Source: Candidatus Vogelbacteria bacterium
GTDB taxonomy: Bacteria > Patescibacteriota > Minisyncoccia > Phycocordibacterales > JACOZG01
Direction of reading: 5' to 3'
DNA length: 64,000 nt
Assembly (NCBI GenBank): GCA_043807405.1
Contig: JAZDGA010000001.1
Coordinates: 25,130-89,129, forward strand
Position 1 is the first letter of the stretch. Every line of letters starts with the position of its first letter. Positions 35,881 through 44,052 of the stretch are shown here, one piece after another. The translations under genes were made by a program, and so were the position numbers. The notes below the pieces were generated by a model that ran no database searches, was not told the origin of the DNA, and worked only from the letters and a program-made list of their open reading frames with translations.

Positions 35881-36958
35881 TAATCACGCCACCGCCGAGG
35901 CAGGTGAGGCCAAGAGAATCGAAGAAGACACAGGATTGACCGGGAGTGGCGCCGAATAATGGTTTGGTGAAAGTGACGCGCGCGCGATGACCAGTTAAAT
36001 TTTCCACTCGGCAAGCAACCAGCGGCGCGCGGTAACGAATCCGCGCTTTGATTATTTTATTCGAGGCCGGTGACGCGCCACTAATCCAATTCACTGAATT
36101 GAGCATAATCTCACGCCGCGCGGATTGACTGGCTACCGGTTGCGCCGAAACAACAAGAATGTTTTTCTTAATATCCTTGGCGATAATATAGAGCGGAGCG
36201 GCATTCGGTGTTTGAGCCGTCACCCGAAAGCCGTGCCGTTCACCGATAGTGTAAAAATACGCGCCATTATGCTCGCCGATTTCCTTTCCCATTTCATCCA
36301 GAACTTTCCCCTTTTTCTTTGGCAAATATTGCTCGAGGAAATCTTTGAAATTAATTTTACCGAGGAAACATAAACCTTGACTATCTGGTTTTTCGGCGTT
36401 TACCAAACCGAATTTAGTTGCCAATTTTCTCACTTTTGGTTTTTTATATTTACCAATGGGAAATAAAGTTTTAGTTAAAATTTCTGAAGTTAAAGTCCAG
36501 AGAAAATAAGTTTGATCTTTTGCTTTATCTGCCGAAGCTAGAAGCTGAAAGCTAGAACCTAAAAGCTGATTTTGAGCGTAATGGCCGGTCGCAATATAAT
36601 CAGCCCCGCGCTTCAGCGCTTCGCGATAGAAAATGCCAAATTTAATTTCCTTGTTGCACATCACATCCGGATTCGGCGTTCGCCCCGCGCGATATTCTTT
36701 CAACAAATAATCAATCACCAATTTTTTATAATCGGCTGATAAGTCAAAAGTAAGGAGAGGCACGCCAATTCTCGCCGCGACGCGCATTGCGTCACGGCGT
36801 TCCTCACGCCAATCACAAGCCGAGAGTTCGGGTGCCCAAATCTTGATGAAAACACCTGTCACATCATACCCCGCTTTCTTCAGCAAAGCCGCCGCCACCG
36901 ACGAATCCACACCCCCCGACATCGCGACAAAGACTTTTAGCTTTTTACTTTTTACCAT
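35876..36958 (-). CDS. mnmA: tRNA 2-thiouridine(34) synthase MnmA
   Basis: PP-loop VAMSGGVDSSVAA, plus DQTYFLW and GLCFLG motifs. Confidence 0.9.
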   Translation of the reverse strand: MVKSKKLKVFVAMSGGVDSSVAAALLKKAGYDVTGVFIKIWAPELSACDWREERRDAMRVAARIGVPLLTFDLSADYKKLVIDYLLKEYRAGRTPNPDVMCNKEIKFGIFYREALKRGADYIATGHYAQNQLLGSSFQLLASADKAKDQTYFLWTLTSEILTKTLFPIGKYKKPKVRKLATKFGLVNAEKPDSQGLCFLGKINFKDFLEQYLPKKKGKVLDEMGKEIGEHNGAYFYTIGERHGFRVTAQTPNAAPLYIIAKDIKKNILVVSAQPVASQSARREIMLNSVNWISGASPASNKIIKARIRYRAPLVACRVENLTGHRARVTFTKPLFGATPGQSCVFFDSLGLTCLGGGVIT

Positions 36959-37035
36959 GGTACTTTCACTCTAGCAGAAAAATAAAAAAAGTGCCGTTTT
37001 TGCGTAACTTCATGAAATTTGTTAATATAATTCGC

Positions 37036-37764
37036 ATGGACAAGAAACAAGCCCTCCAGCAAAAATCGGGAGAGTACAAGAGTGTGGTGAGTGAGATTTT
37101 AGACAATCCGGATATTCGCGACCAATTTATTTTGAAGCTCACTTACCACAGCAGTGGTATTGAAGGCAGTACGCTCACCGAACCGGACACAGCGGCCATT
37201 CTTTTTGACAATGTCGCCTTGCCCAATAAAAGTTTGACCGAGCAACTGGAGGCGAAAAATCATCAGACTGCTTTAAATTATCTCTTTGAACATCTTGCCA
37301 AAAAAGAAAAAGTTGATGAGCATCTGGTTCTAAAACTCCACAGCATTCTCATGAACGGCGTTCGCTCGGACGCCGGCGTTTATCGCCAACACGCGGTCAG
37401 AATTGTCGGCGTTAATTTGCCGACCGCAAATTATATGAGCGTGCCGAAATTAATGTCAGAAATGATGACTCAAATTACCGAAAAATCTCAAGATGTTATC
37501 GCCCTGTCAGCCAGTGTCCATAGCCAGTTTGAACAAATTCATCCCTTTTCTGATGGTAATGGTCGAGTCGGACGATTATTTATGAACGCCATGTTATTAA
37601 ATGAAAACTTTGCCCCAGCGATCATTCGTCAAGAGGAGAAACGACTTTATTACGCTTATCTTTACGAGGCTCAAACCACAGAAGATCAGAGCCAGTTAGA
37701 AAATTTCCTTTGCGATGCCGTGATGGACGGATTCAAAATTTTGGACCGGACAGATGTGAGATAA
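37036..37764 (+). CDS. Fic-family protein (class II, N-terminal inhibitory helix)
   Basis: Fic motif HPFSDGNGRVGR and an inhibitory-type motif SSGIEG ([ST]xxxE[GN]) upstream. Start set at the ATG at 37036; the track start at 36991 is GTG. Confidence 0.8.
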   Translation: MDKKQALQQKSGEYKSVVSEILDNPDIRDQFILKLTYHSSGIEGSTLTEPDTAAILFDNVALPNKSLTEQLEAKNHQTALNYLFEHLAKKEKVDEHLVLKLHSILMNGVRSDAGVYRQHAVRIVGVNLPTANYMSVPKLMSEMMTQITEKSQDVIALSASVHSQFEQIHPFSDGNGRVGRLFMNAMLLNENFAPAIIRQEEKRLYYAYLYEAQTTEDQSQLENFLCDAVMDGFKILDRTDVR

Positions 37765-37772
37765 TCATTATT

Positions 37773-38540
37773 ATGATTTGGCTTTACGCTCTAGCTAGTG
37801 TGGTGATCGTTAGTTTAATTTCCCTCATCGGACTAATCACTTTCCCCGTGAGCGATGAACGGTTGCGGAAAATGCTTTTTATTCTAGTGGCACTCGCGGT
37901 CGGGGCGCTTTTTGGCGACACCATCATCCATCTTCTGCCCGAAATCTTCAGCGCGACGGGTGGTCAGACGAGTGCCGTGATCGGCATGCTGGCGGGAATT
38001 TTAATTTTTTTCATTTTAGAAAAATTCCTCCACTGGCGACACAGCCACACTCTTGATGATTGCGGTAAAACCGAAAATGGTCAACATCAAACGATTAAAC
38101 CTGTCGGTCATTTAAGTTTAATCGCCGATGGTTTGCATAATTTAATTGATGGAATAATTATCGGCGTCAGTTATCTGGTTTCACCAGCCGTGGGGTTAGC
38201 CACTACTCTGGCGGTGATTCTCCATGAGATTCCGGATGAGATTGGTAATTTCGGTGTGCTGATTCACGCCGGCTTCAGCCGGCGACAAGCGATCGGTTTC
38301 AACGCTTTATCCGCGTCGCTGGCAATTGTGGGCACGGTCGTCGCGCTGGCTTTCGGCACAATAATTATTCAATTCACTTCCGTATTTTTGGCGCTCGCCG
38401 CTGGTGGTTTCCTCTATATCGCCGGCTCGGATCTTGTCCCCGAACTTCATAAAACCACCGACTTAAAAAAATCCGCCCTCCAACTCCTCGCCATCATCAT
38501 CGGCATTTCACTGATGCTTCTGCTTAAATTGATTGACTAA
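37773..38540 (+). CDS. ZIP-family divalent metal (zinc) transporter
   Basis: HNLIDGIIIG and LHEIPDEIGNFGVLI motifs with ~8 TM helices. Start set at MIWLYA (37773). Confidence 0.8.
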   Translation: MIWLYALASVVIVSLISLIGLITFPVSDERLRKMLFILVALAVGALFGDTIIHLLPEIFSATGGQTSAVIGMLAGILIFFILEKFLHWRHSHTLDDCGKTENGQHQTIKPVGHLSLIADGLHNLIDGIIIGVSYLVSPAVGLATTLAVILHEIPDEIGNFGVLIHAGFSRRQAIGFNALSASLAIVGTVVALAFGTIIIQFTSVFLALAAGGFLYIAGSDLVPELHKTTDLKKSALQLLAIIIGISLMLLLKLID

Positions 38541-38545
38541 GGCAA

Positions 38546-38581
38546 GGTGCGAAATGTTTACGACCGTTTCAATTTCGCACC
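38546..38581 (+). terminator. 10-bp hairpin after the ZIP gene
   Basis: GGTGCGAAAT-N16-ATTTCGCACC. The T-tract is weak. Confidence 0.45.
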
Positions 38582-38658
38582 CTGTTCTTAATAAAAATAC
38601 GACCGTGGATTTTGTAAGACATCAAACGGAAATTATTTAACATATCGTTTTTCGGTAA

Positions 38659-38692
38659 TAAAAAACCCGCACAATCTTGCGACGATGCGGGT
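38659..38692 (-). terminator. rho-independent terminator after the 38718-39365 gene
   Basis: Minus strand ACCCGCA-N14-TGCGGGT followed by TTTTTTAT. Confidence 0.6.
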
Positions 38693-38717
38693 TTCAGTTG
38701 GATACTGATTGGGGGGG

Positions 38718-39365
38718 TTAATCTTCTTCCCCTTCTTTTTTACGAAAGACACGACCACCCATAGCTTCCCAAGCCATCTCGGGATCGTCAGTTATAACAC
38801 CCTCTGACTTAGCTACCATCAACACCATTTCCCCAATGTCTTCAGAGAATGGATTGATGACACCAGCAATCCAGGTAGCGAGGTTTTGTTGCAACCTTCT
38901 GATGATTGCCCACGGTATCTTGCCGTCCATGATGTAAAGGAGATCATCGTAGTTCTCCTCAAACCACTTTTGGATTTTCTTGACATACTTCTTGCGTTCC
39001 TCGTCTATGATCTCCCTGAATTCATCATCCGACTCAATATATTCTGGACGCCCCAGTTTCTCAACCGTCATGATTTCTGCTAACTTGGTATCAACGTGCT
39101 CAATCGCATCGACAAGATTGTGGGAAGTCAGACAATTCCATTTGTTTCCACTTTCTTGCCTATAAACAGCGTTGGCTGCTATCAACGACCGGTTAAGAAT
39201 GCTCACGAATGGAACAGCCAAACGGATCGGTCGTTTACGAAGCAGATTGGCAATGCGATGGAGAGAATACAGGGGGATATCACCACTTGTCTCTCCAATC
39301 ATTTGTCTCAAACATATTTTTTGTTCCAGACGTTGAGACATGACACACGACTGAGAGAGTTGCAT
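38718..39365 (-). CDS. hypothetical protein (215 aa)
   Basis: ORF track entry. No recognisable motif; acidic C-terminus. Confidence 0.45.
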   Translation of the reverse strand: MQLSQSCVMSQRLEQKICLRQMIGETSGDIPLYSLHRIANLLRKRPIRLAVPFVSILNRSLIAANAVYRQESGNKWNCLTSHNLVDAIEHVDTKLAEIMTVEKLGRPEYIESDDEFREIIDEERKKYVKKIQKWFEENYDDLLYIMDGKIPWAIIRRLQQNLATWIAGVINPFSEDIGEMVLMVAKSEGVITDDPEMAWEAMGGRVFRKKEGEED

Positions 39366-39524
39366 GGTTATACCTTTCTCAAAAATAGTTTATTTAGTTG
39401 TCAAAGCGATGAACACCACCGCTACAATTGACTGCCACTAGCTTAGCATAAAAGACTACCGCTTGTCAAGCGTTTTGGTAGAATATGCCTGCCCGCCTCT
39501 GGCGGGATTTAAAATAAGGTTAAA

Positions 39525-40496
39525 CTAGGGTAAATACTTAGCTTTGTTGCGTTTGTGTTCGGCGAAATCAACAGCGTAGTGGAAAGTGCCAAAGCGATCG
39601 GAGAGGTAGAACCAATAATCCGATTCGATGGGCGTGAGCGCCGCCGTTAGCGACGCGAGACCGGGATTGGCAATCGGTCCGATCGGCAAACCACGATAAC
39701 GATAAGTGTTATACGGTGACGAAGTGGCGAGATCTTTCCGACTAAGTTCGAAAGTATTTCGGCCGACAATGTACGGGAACACGGCATCAACTTGCAGGGG
39801 CATTCCCGCGTCAAGTCGTTTCCAGAGAATGCCGGCAATCAGCCGACGCGATTCGGTGGTGCGCGCTTCGCGCTCAACTAAAGACGCCATAATCACCACT
39901 TGCTCGAGCGTGCGTCCGGAATGATCGAGGAGTGGCGTGAGTGGTTTGGTCGCCGTTCGAAATTGCTTCGTTAAGGTTTCAATTATTCGATCAATACTCC
40001 AGGTTGGCTGAAAATAATAGGTGTCGGGGAAAAGATAACCCTCCTGCGGTTGGGCCTGCGCAATAAAAGTTTCGGCATCAAAATCCGGTATTTGGCGCGC
40101 GATTAAATTGCCGATATCATCAGCGGTCGCGCCTTCGGGAATTGTCACCTTAATTGGCGCGATACCATAATCACCGTCAACCAGTCGACGGGCAATTGCC
40201 GGCATCGCCTCCGGCTCGCGAAAAACATAATCCCCCGCCATCGCTATCCCTGATTTATAACGAATAAAATATTCCAATCCCGTGGCTGAACGAACCAAAT
40301 GTTTCTCGGCAAATAACGAAGAAATCTCGGCCACTGATAATCCTTCCGGCACTGTCACCATAATCCCGCGCGGAAAATTACTTGGTGGAGAAAAGAAGAA
40401 AATAAAAAACAGAGACGCCGCAAGAGCTAGCGTCAAGATAAGAAAAAGGGTGCGGTTAGAAATACCCGGCGGAAAAAGTCGTGATCGTTGCAACAT
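39525..40496 (-). CDS. mltG: endolytic murein transglycosylase MltG (YceG-like)
   Basis: N-terminal TM helix, plus EGYLFPDTYYF and ASLVEREA motifs. Confidence 0.85.
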   Translation of the reverse strand: MLQRSRLFPPGISNRTLFLILTLALAASLFFIFFFSPPSNFPRGIMVTVPEGLSVAEISSLFAEKHLVRSATGLEYFIRYKSGIAMAGDYVFREPEAMPAIARRLVDGDYGIAPIKVTIPEGATADDIGNLIARQIPDFDAETFIAQAQPQEGYLFPDTYYFQPTWSIDRIIETLTKQFRTATKPLTPLLDHSGRTLEQVVIMASLVEREARTTESRRLIAGILWKRLDAGMPLQVDAVFPYIVGRNTFELSRKDLATSSPYNTYRYRGLPIGPIANPGLASLTAALTPIESDYWFYLSDRFGTFHYAVDFAEHKRNKAKYLP

Positions 40497-40499
40497 AAA

Positions 40500-41738
40500 T
40501 CAAATCGGCAGATCAATCGGCGGTTCGCCACGTTTGGATTCAATCTTCGCCAAGGTGGGCGTCGCCGCGACTTGACCGGGGAAGTGATAAATCGTCGCTA
40601 ATTCTTCGGTGTTTAAAACCATCGGCTTACCGACATACGGCGGATAGAAATAAGATCGGCGACGATAAGCGTCAAAAATTTTCCGCTTCATTCGTTCGAC
40701 GCGAATCCCCTTAAAATCTTTCCACTGTTCATCAACACCAGTCGTAAGACCATACTTGAAACCATTTAAGTTGGCCGAATTGAACTGTTTGATTGAACCG
40801 CCCATCCCGGGAATATTCGCGTCCTTAAATTGATCTTTGGGGGCGATATAAATCGCTCGAAAACCACAATCGAAAGCAAGTTTATCCATACTCCGCTCAA
40901 TCGCCTCCACCACTGTCCGCTCGCCCGGGCTTAAGGCCAAAGCGCCGAAAGGAATCGCGTTGGGGTCGGATCCGGGCTTGAACTGCTCTCGCTTCATCAA
41001 TTTATCAATCAGGACTGCGGCATCGCCCTTCCAATCTTGTTTGCCAAACCAAGTTCCCGGCTTATGAAAACGCGTTCGCGTCGCAACGATTAAAATCTGC
41101 ATCCAAACTTGTTCAGCCGGCGTAATTGAACCCAAAAATTCGAGCACCGGCGTGATGGGGTCAACCTTGAATTCTTCCTTCGGATCTTTATCCAAGCCGT
41201 AATCCACATAGGTTTTAATCGGGTAAGCGTCCTCTTTGCTAAAAGCGAATTCCACGCCCCAAATTTTATGATTCGACTGTGGGGTGCCATAAGCGGGAAT
41301 ATTTTGTGTATAATCTTCAGCTTCCGAAATTTCAATCCCGGGATATTGCGAGTAAATTTGCGACTCGACTAAATTCTTGAAAAATTTAGGAGTGTAGATG
41401 TAAAAGTGAACGGTTCCACCGAGGGACACCAGTTCGAGTGAGAAATAGGTTCGGACAATACCTTGAGTGAAGCGAGTCCATTTATTACCTTCAAAGGTTT
41501 GGTAGAAAACCCCGAGCACCACTTCCATCGCCTTCGGCGATTTGCTCATTTCACGTGGCAGTTTGATATCCAACAACACCCATTTCGTGTCACGAATATT
41601 AATCGCTTGGATGTAATAATACCAAAGCTTCCAGGCCATGTAGACGAGAAAAACCGGCAACCAAATAATCGCCGTCCGACCGATAGTCGTCCACAGCAAC
41701 CAAAGACTTTCATTCACAACACTCGCCGTCGTGAGCAT
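40500..41738 (-). CDS. hypothetical membrane protein (412 aa)
   Basis: ORF track entry with two N-terminal TM helices and then a large soluble domain. No family recognised. Confidence 0.5.
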   Translation of the reverse strand: MLTTASVVNESLWLLWTTIGRTAIIWLPVFLVYMAWKLWYYYIQAINIRDTKWVLLDIKLPREMSKSPKAMEVVLGVFYQTFEGNKWTRFTQGIVRTYFSLELVSLGGTVHFYIYTPKFFKNLVESQIYSQYPGIEISEAEDYTQNIPAYGTPQSNHKIWGVEFAFSKEDAYPIKTYVDYGLDKDPKEEFKVDPITPVLEFLGSITPAEQVWMQILIVATRTRFHKPGTWFGKQDWKGDAAVLIDKLMKREQFKPGSDPNAIPFGALALSPGERTVVEAIERSMDKLAFDCGFRAIYIAPKDQFKDANIPGMGGSIKQFNSANLNGFKYGLTTGVDEQWKDFKGIRVERMKRKIFDAYRRRSYFYPPYVGKPMVLNTEELATIYHFPGQVAATPTLAKIESKRGEPPIDLPI

Positions 41739-41765
41739 TGGTTTATTATATCATAAATTGTTAAC

Positions 41766-41845
41766 CCCGCCCTAACCCTCCCCGAAGGAGAGGGCGATTT
41801 GATTCCCCCCTTCCCCTTCGGGGAAGGGGTTTGGGGATGAGGTGA
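41766..41845. repeat. ORF-less (MITE-like) pair of type A GC-rich hairpins, the same repeats that bound the DUF559 cassette in leuS
   Basis: aaccctccccgaaggagagggc (hairpin at 41776-41794), a 9-nt spacer, then CCCCTTCCCC-ttc-GGGGAAGGGG (41807-41829) followed by gtttggggatgagg. Confidence 0.7.
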
Positions 41846-41850
41846 AAGTT

Positions 41851-41904
41851 GATGTCAAGGCACCGCCTTGCCAGGGGGCTAGAAGCCTTGCCAGGGGGCT
41901 AGCC
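41851..41904. repeat. degenerate type B palindrome followed by a 2-copy 20-nt tandem repeat
   Basis: gatgtcaaggcaccgccttg, then gccttgccagggggctagaa repeated twice. Confidence 0.6.
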
Positions 41905-42116
41905 TGGGCTTCTTCTAGAAAATACTTAAAACTTCCACCTCTGATATTTCTTCCACTTTAACCATTGTCTGTCTCCTTAAAAAAGAGAAACGGGAAGGAT
42001 CGAAAACCTACAACTAATCATACTCTAAATTAATTAATTGTCACATTTTGCCAGCACGACAAATTTGAAAAAACTAACCAAATAATTCAGCGCTCATCTC
42101 GCCTTCACACCAATAT

Positions 42117-42142
42117 CAAGTAGTAGCGATAGCAGTTACTTG
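42117..42142 (+). promoter_or_regulatory. second copy of the 26-nt CAAGTA...TACTTG motif
   Basis: caagtagtagcgatagcagttacttg matches 14156-14181 at 24/26 positions. Confidence 0.4.
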
Positions 42143-42255
42143 GTACAAGTATGATATAGAGTAGATGAAGTAATTGGCGAGGACTCCCCTCGCCAGTGGT
42201 TAAAAAAGATTCGCCCCTTTAAACAGAGCGAATCGTAAGAGGCAATGTTGGTTAC

Positions 42256-42474
42256 TCAAGCATAACGCCATTCATACACTTTCCCCTTGAAGTACAACTC
42301 TACACCAGGCTGGTACCACTTCCCTTCCGTATAGATGAAAAAGAGTGGCTCCCGATCACAGTCATATCGTCCATAAACTCGAGCTCCTTCTGGTGGTTTT
42401 TCGTCTTTTGTTTCTACCCAAGGTCCTTTTGCTTGTACCATAACTTCAACCATCCTTTCTAACAGAGATCCCAT
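42256..42474 (-). CDS. hypothetical small protein (72 aa), weakly DUF551-like
   Basis: GPWVETKDEKPPEGARVYG...EGKWYQPG is reminiscent of phage-associated DUF551. No SD is present. Confidence 0.35.
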   Translation of the reverse strand: MGSLLERMVEVMVQAKGPWVETKDEKPPEGARVYGRYDCDREPLFFIYTEGKWYQPGVELYFKGKVYEWRYA

Positions 42475-42556
42475 TGAACAACACTAACCAAACTTAACCC
42501 TACGATATTTTGGTCCTTCTTGCAATTAGTACAGCATCACGATTCTTGCACAACAA

Positions 42557-43588
42557 TCAGCTCACCGCGTATTTGCCTTCTTTGTTTTTCTTGAAGAATT
42601 TCGGATTCTTGAGATTGACGAGGACGGTGTTCGGTTTGACATAGCGCTCTTTGAGCACGCGGGTCATCACTTCCGGCTCGGTCAAAGGGCCGTGCTTCTT
42701 GATGATATTCTCAATTACTTCGCGAACAATGCCCGGCGTGTAACCCCATTCGGTAAGCGCATAGATGCCCCGACCGACAAGGACGAAGCGTTTATCTTTA
42801 ATCAGTTCGTTGTGGCAAGTCGCCGGATTGGCATGGCGATTGAATCGTGTATTAATCTCTTTCGCCACCTCGGTGAAATGCATCGGCGAACCTTGCTGAC
42901 GAAGCACGAGGAAGGCGTAATCGCGAACTCCGCGCACGCGCACCGACGGCGATTTGGCAAGACCCCATTCGCCAACCGGCGAGACACCTAAGTGTTTAGA
43001 GATCGAGAGCCAACGGCGGGCTTTTTCTTCTGAATCGGCTTCCGTTCCCGCTTCTTTAAGCGCCGTTAATAGGCGAAGGATCATTTCCCGTTCCGAAAGC
43101 AGATCGGTGTCCGATAAACTTTCCACCACCTGCTGAAGTGAAGCGTGGACGCGGTCGGCAAGAGTTTTATCCACCAACCAACGATGATGGAAGTGATCGT
43201 CTTCTTTGAGCCGAGTAAATTCATCGCCCAAAACGAGGAGGAAGTGAAGATTATTCTGCACCGCCAAATTTTTATCTAAATAATTCAAAAACTCGCGCTC
43301 GTGCGCAATTCCGCCGTATTCATTAAGCGCCGTTTCAAGCTCGGCGAAAATTGTTTCCGTCGCGTTGAAAGCCGGCGACTTGCGAATCGCCCGCAAAGAA
43401 AACTCTTCAATCTGCCGAACTCGTTCACGGGTAATACCATACCGTTTGCCAATCGCCTCGAGGGTTTCGCCCTCCCCTTCTTCAAGGCCATAGCGCCGAG
43501 ACATAATATCTTGGGCGCGGGTCGGCAAAATGGCGAGTAGGGCTTTGCCAACCTGTTTGGGCTTGAAACTAATGGTTTCTTTAATCAT
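42557..43588 (-). CDS. DNA-binding protein with an N-terminal sigma-70 region-4-like HTH and a C-terminal HARE-HTH-like domain
   Basis: ETLEAIGKRYGITRERVRQIEEFSLRAIRK (region 4.2 pattern). C-terminal YAFLVLRQQGSPMHFTEVAKEI...FVLVGRGIYALTEWGY. Confidence 0.6.
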   Translation of the reverse strand: MIKETISFKPKQVGKALLAILPTRAQDIMSRRYGLEEGEGETLEAIGKRYGITRERVRQIEEFSLRAIRKSPAFNATETIFAELETALNEYGGIAHEREFLNYLDKNLAVQNNLHFLLVLGDEFTRLKEDDHFHHRWLVDKTLADRVHASLQQVVESLSDTDLLSEREMILRLLTALKEAGTEADSEEKARRWLSISKHLGVSPVGEWGLAKSPSVRVRGVRDYAFLVLRQQGSPMHFTEVAKEINTRFNRHANPATCHNELIKDKRFVLVGRGIYALTEWGYTPGIVREVIENIIKKHGPLTEPEVMTRVLKERYVKPNTVLVNLKNPKFFKKNKEGKYAVS

Positions 43589-43704
43589 ATCTTATATCTA
43601 TCATCTTAGTCGAATGCCGTCAAGCCGTCAAGGGGATGACAAAAAGTTGGGATAAAAAATCCCCACCCAATTGTGTTGGTGAGGATCCAAAATCCGAAAT
43701 TAGT

Positions 43705-43986
43705 TTATCGAGTCGAACATTCCAAATTGGCAAGAAAGTTGAGATTATCGACAACCCTATTGAGGGCCAATCTTTCTGCGCAGGGACCGAGAGGAATTAC
43801 CGATTTCACAATTTGATCCGGAATACTTAAATATCGCAACAATCGAGGTGTTGGGGTCTGACTCGGAGGAGAATCGGCATCACTGACGAGCGCCTGTTTG
43901 ATCGCAAAAACCTTTCCCTTTCCCCCGCGACGCTCTCGCCTGCGCCTCTGCTTCGAGGTTTCTAACTTCTTACCGTTTTCGTTCAT
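43705..43986 (-). CDS. possible small basic protein (93 aa), hypothetical
   Basis: ATG at 43984-43986 after GGGAG...GAGG. Arg/Lys-rich N-terminus. Weak call. Confidence 0.3.
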   Translation of the reverse strand: MNENGKKLETSKQRRRRERRGGKGKVFAIKQALVSDADSPPSQTPTPRLLRYLSIPDQIVKSVIPLGPCAERLALNRVVDNLNFLANLECSTR

Positions 43987-44052
43987 CCTCAATCTCCCAC
44001 TAAAAAAAAAATAAAGACCTGTAACGAACGCCAGTTAGACTATAGCGGATTC

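Noticed and set aside
41865-41904. CRISPR array
   Set aside because: It has only two directly abutting 20-nt copies with no spacers and no cas genes nearby, so it is a simple tandem duplication. No CRISPR array was seen anywhere in the window.
43636-43830. 64-aa plus-strand ORF
   Set aside because: It overlaps the slightly better-supported minus-strand ORF (43705-43986) and has no SD or family resemblance. The whole 43589-44052 interval remains poorly explained.
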